A DNA stretch of 64,000 nt, taken from positions 248,001 to 312,000 of IMG/VR virus record IMGVR_UViG_3300025121_000011, one strand, 5' to 3'. Below the pieces are notes generated by a model, which was given only the letters and a program-made list of their open reading frames with translations, ran no database searches and was not told the origin of the DNA. Of this stretch, positions 30,224 through 36,834 are shown piece by piece; positions within the stretch are counted from its first letter, which is position 1, and each line of letters opens with the position of its first letter. A program made the position numbers and the translations under genes.

Positions 30224-30308
30224 GGGGGCGTGGCGGAAAGGCAGACGCGTCAGACTTAAAATCTGGTGAGCTTAGCTCGTGTGGGTTCAAGTCCCACCGC
30301 CCCTACCA
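30224..30308 (+). tRNA. trnL: tRNA-Leu(TAA)
   Basis: Full cloverleaf with variable arm, anticodon loop CT-TAA-AA, GGTTCAAGTCC T-arm and encoded CCA. Confidence 0.95.
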
Positions 30309-30337
30309 TTTTAACTTTAACTTTATCTGAGGTGTTC

Positions 30338-30577
30338 ATGAATCCTTATATCCTTTGTCCTGAATTGAACAAGTTGAACAACTATTACAAGAATGATTTC
30401 TATAAGAATGATCTCTCTTCTATTGTTATTGTTGGTTCCGTAGTCACACTGAATAGTGGTGGGCCGAAAATGACGGTCGCCTCTATCTATAGAGGTAAAA
30501 ATGTTGTTTGCACTTGGTTTGATGGTGAATATAAGACGTGGTACGGAGTTGTATCGATGCTTACTGTGGTAAAGTAG
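30338..30577 (+). CDS. YodC/DUF2158-family protein
   Basis: VGSVVTLNSGGPKMTV..VVCTWFDG; start reassigned to the ATG downstream of the tRNA. Confidence 0.75.
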   Translation: MNPYILCPELNKLNNYYKNDFYKNDLSSIVIVGSVVTLNSGGPKMTVASIYRGKNVVCTWFDGEYKTWYGVVSMLTVVK

Positions 30578-30836
30578 ATTTACTTCAAAGCCTTCTTTAT
30601 AAAGTCTTCTTTATATAGATAACCGCTTAAGCGGTTATCTATATTTGCGTTTACATACTAATCGCAAAGCCCGGCGGCAAAAGATTTGCAGCATCTCTAA
30701 AAAAATATCTTCTATAGTAATACAGAGGTGTAACCAAGTCGGAGAAGTCCTCCCAATTACATTAATATTACGGTTACGGGGTTTGGAGTTTTTCACCTCA
30801 CGAAAGACCAACATTTTTCAAAGGAGGAATCAAATC

Positions 30837-31184
30837 ATGGATTCGGAACAGTTTGTCAAGGCAGGTGGTCGTTTTCTTCATTACCGAAGTTCTGCTCAAC
30901 GTAGAATTACGGTGGCATATCGAGTGGAAAATGGGAATATTCTCTATGGGGCGGAGATTCATCAACCAGATGGTCCGGATGATTGCTGGATAAGGAAACA
31001 GGCAAATTATCGAGCTTTGTATCGGCTGATTAGCCAGCCGGTGACTATTCCTGATGGGAATATGACAAATACCGAGAGGCATAGTTATATCCGAAGTGCT
31101 CTTATCAAGTTTGGGTGTTGCCAAAGAGAAGTTCTTTCTGTCAATAAAAATATCGCCGGGAAGGACTTGAAGAGAAGGGTTTGA
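30837..31184 (+). CDS. hypothetical cassette protein running into a CRISPR fragment
   Basis: AGGAGG RBS before ATG 30837; the last codons derive from repeat/spacer sequence. Confidence 0.6.
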   Translation: MDSEQFVKAGGRFLHYRSSAQRRITVAYRVENGNILYGAEIHQPDGPDDCWIRKQANYRALYRLISQPVTIPDGNMTNTERHSYIRSALIKFGCCQREVLSVNKNIAGKDLKRRV

Positions 31185-31342
31185 GGGATTTGAGATCAAG
31201 AGCTTCAATGGAGGGCCAAGTCTGCGGGGCTGTTTATGCTGCTTATGATAATGCTGCTGTTTATGGTAGCAAGCCCCTCTCGAACGGGGCCAAGTCTGCT
31301 GGTTCCTCAGATGATCTGATTATGCTGTTGAAAAGTAGCAAA
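31153..31342 (-). CRISPR. mosaic cas-less mini-array (type I-G-like fragment plus type III-like repeat)
   Basis: TCGCCGGGAAGGAC, 35-nt spacer, hybrid repeat, 37-nt spacer, 37-nt repeat GTAGCAAGCCCCTCTCGAACGGGGCCAAGTCTGCTGG (31266-31302), 32-nt spacer, GTAGCAA. Confidence 0.7.
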
Positions 31343-32033
31343 AAGCCATCGGTAGCCATGGAGGAGTTTGTTGGGTCAACCAATAGATGTCGATTCCGAA
31401 TCTGATGCAAGGCTCGTGTCCCGGATTTGCTTGCGGGAAAAGAGGTGGTGAATTGACCGTCTATGCGTTATTACGTGTGGCCCGTCAAACATTGGACCTC
31501 ATAGTTTGAGTGACGAACCTATTCTCAAACACACTTTACACCAGAAGAGAGTCATGCCTGGACGCAGGAAGATATACAGAACATAAAAGAATGGGCGCAA
31601 TTCTCATCCTTCTGGTGTCTTTTATTTTATAATTTAGTCTTCACTTAAGAGTATCATGCTTTTGTCCTTCTTGTTGATGCGCTGATGCCTGTATTAACTC
31701 TGATACTAGACTAATCTGTAGTTACTTATATCAATGTTAAGGCGGCAAAACTTTTGCACATGCAGGCACGAAAGCTGCTATATGCAAGAATCATGCCAAG
31801 GGTTGAGAGTATTGACGCGACAAGAATTCCTGGCGGCAAAAGCTTTACAGCAACTTTAAAAAAATATCCCCCGTAGTAACTAAGAGGTGCAGGGGCAAGG
31901 TTCCAGACTCCAGCCCGGTAGCCCCTGCCGACCGGGCGGCCAAAACGGCCTTCTAACTCTAAAAAAATATTCTATAGAGTAATATAAGGCCAGCCGCCTG
32001 AGCGGCAAATAACAACAAACAGAGAGGTGTGAG

Positions 32034-32636
32034 ATGGGTAGTTTTAAGTTTAAGATTGGTGCCGCTGCTGCTGCTCCGACCGAGCGACATCCTGTGGAAG
32101 TCATGACGGACTCCGTAAATCTTGTGGATTTCGTTCGAAACGGTGAGCTGGTTCCGGCTTTCGCCTTTGCAACGGCCGATGGTCGTGGTACGTCTCCGGA
32201 AGTCGTTCCCCTTGATGAGATTGAAGAGTATGCGGCAGTTCTGCGAAAGGCCCTTGACGAGGGCATTCCGGAGCGAGCAGAAGATGATGAAGGTTATATT
32301 CCTTCTTATGTTGTTCTTGCAGCGGAACTTCATCAAGGCGAATACACGACGATTCGAAAGGATGCTTCTGGCGAACCCGTGAAGCTGAATGGTAAGGTGC
32401 AGCGCGATGATCATGGTGTGCGGTACTTCTTCCGGAGTAACACTGGACGGGGTGCGAAAACCCAGAAGATTCGGCCTGAGCATTTTGAAGATGTGGTTGG
32501 ATTCGTTGAGGCCCTGATTGACGAGGTTCCTGGCACCCTTGATATGTGGAATAGGGAGCTTCCAAACATTATGAAAGCTCGGGCTGAGGCTGAAGCCAAG
32601 GCTCAGACTGAGGCTGCCAAGGCTGCCAACGCCTGA
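32034..32636 (+). CDS. hypothetical cassette protein
   Basis: 200 aa; header and GAGG RBS. Confidence 0.7.
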   Translation: MGSFKFKIGAAAAAPTERHPVEVMTDSVNLVDFVRNGELVPAFAFATADGRGTSPEVVPLDEIEEYAAVLRKALDEGIPERAEDDEGYIPSYVVLAAELHQGEYTTIRKDASGEPVKLNGKVQRDDHGVRYFFRSNTGRGAKTQKIRPEHFEDVVGFVEALIDEVPGTLDMWNRELPNIMKARAEAEAKAQTEAAKAANA

Positions 32637-32689
32637 TCGATACGGATGTGATTGTGTGTGATTGGGAATTGAAAATGATTTAAGATTCA

Positions 32690-32782
32690 GTCTTTCCCGG
32701 CGATAAAAACCGGGAAAGACATCTCTGCTTCCTCAGATGATCGATTAAACTGCTTTCGGGACAAGCTTTCGGGTTTGTCCCG
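32690..32782 (-). CRISPR. solitary repeat-spacer unit (crRNA-like)
   Basis: Hairpin GTCTTTCCCGG-N9-CCGGGAAAGAC resembling the I-G-like repeat, followed by 27 nt identical to 47951-47977. Confidence 0.55.
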
Positions 32783-32898
32783 TTCCTGCGTTTACGATGT
32801 CAAATTTTTGCCGCCCACGCATATGTGCAACTCTAAAAAAATATTCCACATAGTAATATAGGGCTGTAAGCAAACACCATTTCAAAGGAGATTATCCA

Positions 32899-33141
32899 AT
32901 GCGATTCCTGACCAGGCTTTTTTCCGCGATCTCTATTATCCTTGCCGCTCTGACTTCGGCCGTGTTTACAGCTATTATCACCGGATTTGTTCTGATGCTT
33001 CTGTGGAACTGGTTGCTTGTTGGAGCTACCTCTGTGATCGGAGTGGGGCTTCCTGCAATCACTTGGCTTCAGGGTTGGGGGCTTTGTTTCCTTTGTACTA
33101 TGCTTTTCAATAGTCGTTCAAAGATCGGGGCTTCTACCTGA
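32899..33141 (+). CDS. small membrane protein
   Basis: Two hydrophobic helices; AGGAG RBS. Confidence 0.65.
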   Translation: MRFLTRLFSAISIILAALTSAVFTAIITGFVLMLLWNWLLVGATSVIGVGLPAITWLQGWGLCFLCTMLFNSRSKIGAST

Positions 33142-33157
33142 CATCTGCCTGAATAAA

Positions 33158-33233
33158 GGGACGTTAACTCAATTGGTAGAGTAGCGGACTTTTAATCCGT
33201 TTGTTTGGGGTTCGAGTCCCCAACGTCCCACCA
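33158..33233 (+). tRNA. trnK: tRNA-Lys(TTT)
   Basis: 76-nt cloverleaf, anticodon loop CT-TTT-AA, encoded CCA. Confidence 0.95.
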
Positions 33234-33342
33234 TTTAATAACGAGCGGTTCCGGAAAAAGCTATCCGGATAGTGAGAGTGGCGAAGGTCTCACGAACAAG
33301 TGGAGTAGCTTCCATACGATCCTGATCCCCATAAGTTACAAT

Positions 33343-33413
33343 CCGGTGGTAGCTCAGCAAGGTTAGAGCGCTCAGACAACTGAGAAAACGCGGGTTCAAT
33401 TCCCGCCCCCGTA
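33343..33413 (+). ncRNA. tRNA-like element or pseudo-tRNA
   Basis: Canonical D-arm and T-arm, but the anticodon arm has a 4-nt loop, the acceptor stem is imperfect and there is no CCA. Confidence 0.5.
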
Positions 33414-33574
33414 TTACTACGAAAGCGGTGATGGTGAGCAGCCCGAGATCTACAGTAATAGACGTATGAGTGGATGCGTTAGAGACACCTGCGGAGTCCT
33501 TGAGATGTTGATGTAAGGGTCTCACCACTATTTAACTTTTCTAACATTTAACCCTTTTAACAAAGGAGCTTCCG

Positions 33575-33973
33575 ATGCCTCTTGAAGATAATGAAAACCT
33601 TGCCATGGAATTGGTTCGGGTTGCTGATGTGATCCAAATTTCTATTTCCTACTTGACCAGGCTTGTTGAATCCTTGGTAGCTCAAAACCCCTCTGATCGT
33701 TCAAGGAATGAAGGTGATGCCATCCTTAAGATGATTAATGAAAACAAAGATGCTCTGGCTGAGGGAGTTGCCGCTATCTATAGCAAGTATTGGTCTCCAG
33801 AGGTAATGCAAGCAGCTATTGATTGGAATAATAGTGCTTCATGCATGGAGATGAAGGCGAAAACAGCAGTTGTCTCTGCGGAAGTAGAACAACTCTCGGG
33901 TGTGTGGATGCAACAGATTGTTGCTTCTGTTCTCGGTTCTGATGGTAATCAAACACTCGATACCCTCAATTAA
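33575..33973 (+). CDS. DUF2059-like protein
   Basis: VAAIYSKYWSPEVMQAAIDWNNS resembles the family motif. Confidence 0.5.
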   Translation: MPLEDNENLAMELVRVADVIQISISYLTRLVESLVAQNPSDRSRNEGDAILKMINENKDALAEGVAAIYSKYWSPEVMQAAIDWNNSASCMEMKAKTAVVSAEVEQLSGVWMQQIVASVLGSDGNQTLDTLN

Positions 33974-34003
33974 GATTAATTCTTATACTTAAGAGGTGTA
34001 GTA

Positions 34004-34519
34004 ATGACTTGTGTAACTATGTATTTGATTGGTGGCCTTCAGTTTCTTGGGATTATAGTTGGAGTGATGTTAGTAACCGTACTCATTTTTGCCGGACCTG
34101 CTCTATTTTGGAGATGGGCTGTAGGCTTTAGGATGGTTGATTTTATCTGGAATGATCAGGACAAGGTATATAAACACGTCTGGATTCGGAAGAATCCGGG
34201 ATGGCTTATCAGGTTTCTTGATCGTTTGACGCCAGGTTGGATTAAAAAGATTTCATCTTTTCTCTATACTTGGTTTGAACGAACCATGCCAAAGTTGTTC
34301 ATCATTCTGATGGGTTTACTTGTAGTCTCTATTTTGGGATTTGGTTCATACGGATACTCTCAGCAACAAGTCTTAATTTCATTCTCAGAAGAGTGTGAAT
34401 ACACTTGTCGAGAGGATGAAACCTCTCGACTCTGGGAAGAAGATGGAGATATCAAGTGTGCTTGCACTCCAGTTGGTGCAGAGGAAGTCTTTATCCTCGG
34501 ACATATTCCTTGCGGATGA
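34004..34519 (+). CDS. membrane protein
   Basis: Two hydrophobic segments and a Cys-rich tail. Confidence 0.65.
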   Translation: MTCVTMYLIGGLQFLGIIVGVMLVTVLIFAGPALFWRWAVGFRMVDFIWNDQDKVYKHVWIRKNPGWLIRFLDRLTPGWIKKISSFLYTWFERTMPKLFIILMGLLVVSILGFGSYGYSQQQVLISFSEECEYTCREDETSRLWEEDGDIKCACTPVGAEEVFILGHIPCG

Positions 34520-34661
34520 AATGAAAACCAAGGAAGAGTTTCTCAACTCTTCCGCGGCGGCAAAAACTTAACTGCATCTCTAAAAAAATATCCTCCGTAG
34601 TAACTAAGGGGTGTAAATCCAATAGGAATCGGAGATGACAGTGTTCCGAGCGTAAGAATGT

Positions 34662-34970
34662 TTGACTCTCCGATTTCTTTTTGGAAAAACCTTTACTACT
34701 CAGGAGTATCTAATGTCTTGTACGTGTCGCGATAACACTGGATGTTCAGTTTGTGATCCTTCTTGGGAGTCTGATTTGGAATCGTTTTTCGATTTCTCGT
34801 GTGAAGAGTGGCCGGATTTGTCCAACCTTCTCGATAGGGAGCCTTGGCTTCAAGATGTGATTGCATCGGCATATCTCAACGGCGCCATGCAAAAAGATGA
34901 TGATGAAAATGAAGCGGCTTTTGATCAGTATCTGGCGATAGAAGATTACAACATCGATGACTCCGATTGA
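34662..34970 (+). CDS. acidic Cys-motif small protein (likely start at ATG about 34712)
   Basis: MSCTCRDNTGCSVC followed by a D/E-rich body. Confidence 0.55.
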   Translation: MTLRFLFGKTFTTQEYLMSCTCRDNTGCSVCDPSWESDLESFFDFSCEEWPDLSNLLDREPWLQDVIASAYLNGAMQKDDDENEAAFDQYLAIEDYNIDDSD

Positions 34971-35036
34971 AATATTCTTTCTGTATTTCCTAAAGACTGT
35001 TGGCAAATAGGGCTTATTTTATAAGGAGAATTACTC

Positions 35037-35327
35037 ATGGCTATTTATGTATCAAATGCTGATAGTGTTCCAAAGTGTCAGCATTGGGCTATTCTCAAGT
35101 TTCAAACAATCCATATTCCCGGTGATGAAAGAAGTCGAACAAATCCCGGGCACGGATATGGTCCTTCTACAGAAACCACTTGTTCATATGTTGCATATAT
35201 GAACGAACAGGAGTGGGTGGTAGAAGTTCAAAAACTTGCGTCCCGAGCATTTCCTTCGGATGACTTTATTGCAATCAAGGTAATTCCCGCCACAATTACT
35301 ACAAAGGTAAGCGTTAGCGTATCTTGA
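35037..35327 (+). CDS. hypothetical protein
   Basis: AGGAG RBS. Confidence 0.65.
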   Translation: MAIYVSNADSVPKCQHWAILKFQTIHIPGDERSRTNPGHGYGPSTETTCSYVAYMNEQEWVVEVQKLASRAFPSDDFIAIKVIPATITTKVSVSVS

Positions 35328-35602
35328 TGGAACTCAAGATCTTTTCAGAAAAGAATATTTGATATGCAAAGATTTAGAATATGGATTCATTTCTTTGCAT
35401 AAGTCTTTTTCTCTTGTCTTTACTTTCTCAGCTGCATCTTCTGAAAGCATTTGCATATATGTGTTTTTGTTGTTTTTTCGTCGATTCGCATGTCAAATAA
35501 TACATATCATACAAGTGCTTTCAGAAGATGCAGAGAGATACCTATATCTCCGTTCTCTATAATTGTAGATGAGATGTCTCGCATATAAACATCCAAAAGT
35601 AT

Positions 35603-35947
35603 ATGAGGAGGGTTGATATGTATTATATCATCTTCGAACGAGGACCAGATGCAACAAAGAAGCTTGTTGTTGGACCATTTTATACGGTTCTAATCACACT
35701 CGATTTGTTGCGAGTAGATGATTGCAAAACCTTGGCATCATTTAGTGGATACACGCTCAATAGTGATGTTCAACCTTATTGGTGGATTGAATATATTTTT
35801 CCGCCAGGGATTGAAGATCATTTTCAAGATATAACTATTTCAATCACTTCTCCCACAAACTCTCCAGACGGATTCATCGAACTGGATGATAGTGGAGACA
35901 ATCCTTTGAGGGCAAACTATTGGACGAACCCTACGTATTCAACCTGA
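35603..35947 (+). CDS. hypothetical protein
   Basis: 114-aa ORF. Confidence 0.55.
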   Translation: MRRVDMYYIIFERGPDATKKLVVGPFYTVLITLDLLRVDDCKTLASFSGYTLNSDVQPYWWIEYIFPPGIEDHFQDITISITSPTNSPDGFIELDDSGDNPLRANYWTNPTYST

Positions 35948-36210
35948 CAAATTGCAACGCTGATGTGTGCGAGCTATTTCCAGCAGACTTGATTAAGGCA
36001 CAACGCATCGGATTTGCCGATCTCCAGGTTGGAGATTTGATCTTATCCTTTACTGATGATTATAAGCCAGCGTGGAATGAGGTTACGTTTGTTTCTCGCA
36101 AATACGAATTAATGCGCGTGTATTGGAGCGTAGACAACGGTGAGCGATATATGTGTTGGGGTGATACTCCAATATACATCAAAAAGAAACTAAAACAGGA
36201 GGTTGCATGA
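35920..36210 (+). CDS. hypothetical protein (paralog of 36535-36834)
   Basis: FN..ADVCE..RIxFAxLxxGDLILSxxDDxxPA shared between the two. Confidence 0.65.
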   Translation: MDEPYVFNLTNCNADVCELFPADLIKAQRIGFADLQVGDLILSFTDDYKPAWNEVTFVSRKYELMRVYWSVDNGERYMCWGDTPIYIKKKLKQEVA

Positions 36211-36226
36211 GTCATTATATGAGTTA

Positions 36227-36512
36227 GTATTAATGGGGCCCGGCTTCTGTCGCCGGGAAGGACGAAGTATCCGAAGGATTTACGACCGAGAAAAGCTGTT
36301 GCTTCAATGGGGCCCGGCTTCTGTCGCCGGGAAGGACTTGAAGAGAAGGGTCCGAAGGATTTGAGACCAGGAGCTTCAATAGAGGGCCTAAGTCTGCAAG
36401 GAACACATCTTTAATCTTATTATATCTCTGCTTCCATAGGTTAGCGAGTCCCTTCCGATAAGGAAGGGACTCTGTCTATCTTCAACAGGGGACTTCTGCT
36501 GCCGGGAAGAAA
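36227..36512 (-). CRISPR. cas-less CRISPR mini-array, type I-G(I-U)-like repeats plus a type III-like unit
   Basis: 37-nt repeats at 36227-36263 and 36301-36337 (minus strand GTCCTTCCCGGCGACAGAAGCCGGGCCCCATTGAAGC). Spacers of 37, 35 and 39 nt, a hybrid repeat at 36373-36400, a hairpin repeat at 36440-36476 and a degenerate repeat at about 36479-36512. Confidence 0.85.
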
Positions 36513-36534
36513 TAAGAATAGGAGGTTGTAAGTT

Positions 36535-36834
36535 ATGAGTCACTATTGGAGGTTTAACTCTCAGGATTCTCATGCAGATGTGTGTGAAGATTATGGAGTA
36601 GAACAACTTGGAGTAACACGCATTCGATTTGCCTATCTTAAATTTGGAGATCTAATTCTGTCTATTGATGACGATAATAGACCTGCTTATAACTTAGTGG
36701 TTTATGTTTTACTAAAGGAAGACAAGGTAATTTGGGAAGTAGAAGGTGTTCGATATATATCTTCAAAAGAAAGCGCGGTGTATGTAGACAGCGCAGTGCA
36801 TGTTAAAAATCGAGAAGCAGAAACAAACGGCTGA
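36535..36834 (+). CDS. hypothetical protein (paralog of 35920-36210)
   Basis: GGAGG RBS; shared motifs. Confidence 0.7.
   Translation: MSHYWRFNSQDSHADVCEDYGVEQLGVTRIRFAYLKFGDLILSIDDDNRPAYNLVVYVLLKEDKVIWEVEGVRYISSKESAVYVDSAVHVKNREAETNG

Noticed and set aside
30266-30337. N-terminal extension of the YodC-like ORF
   Set aside because: It overlaps tRNA-Leu; the ATG at 30338 has an RBS and gives a normal-sized protein.
31181-31405. 74-aa ORF over the second mini-array
   Set aside because: It is composed of repeat and spacer sequence and starts at TTG without an RBS; likely incidental, although translation could affect RNA stability.
10854-33528. Numerous minus-strand ORFs in the GC-richer region
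   Set aside because: They are antisense shadows of RBS-led + strand genes or of tRNA/ncRNA loci, with no recognisable motifs.
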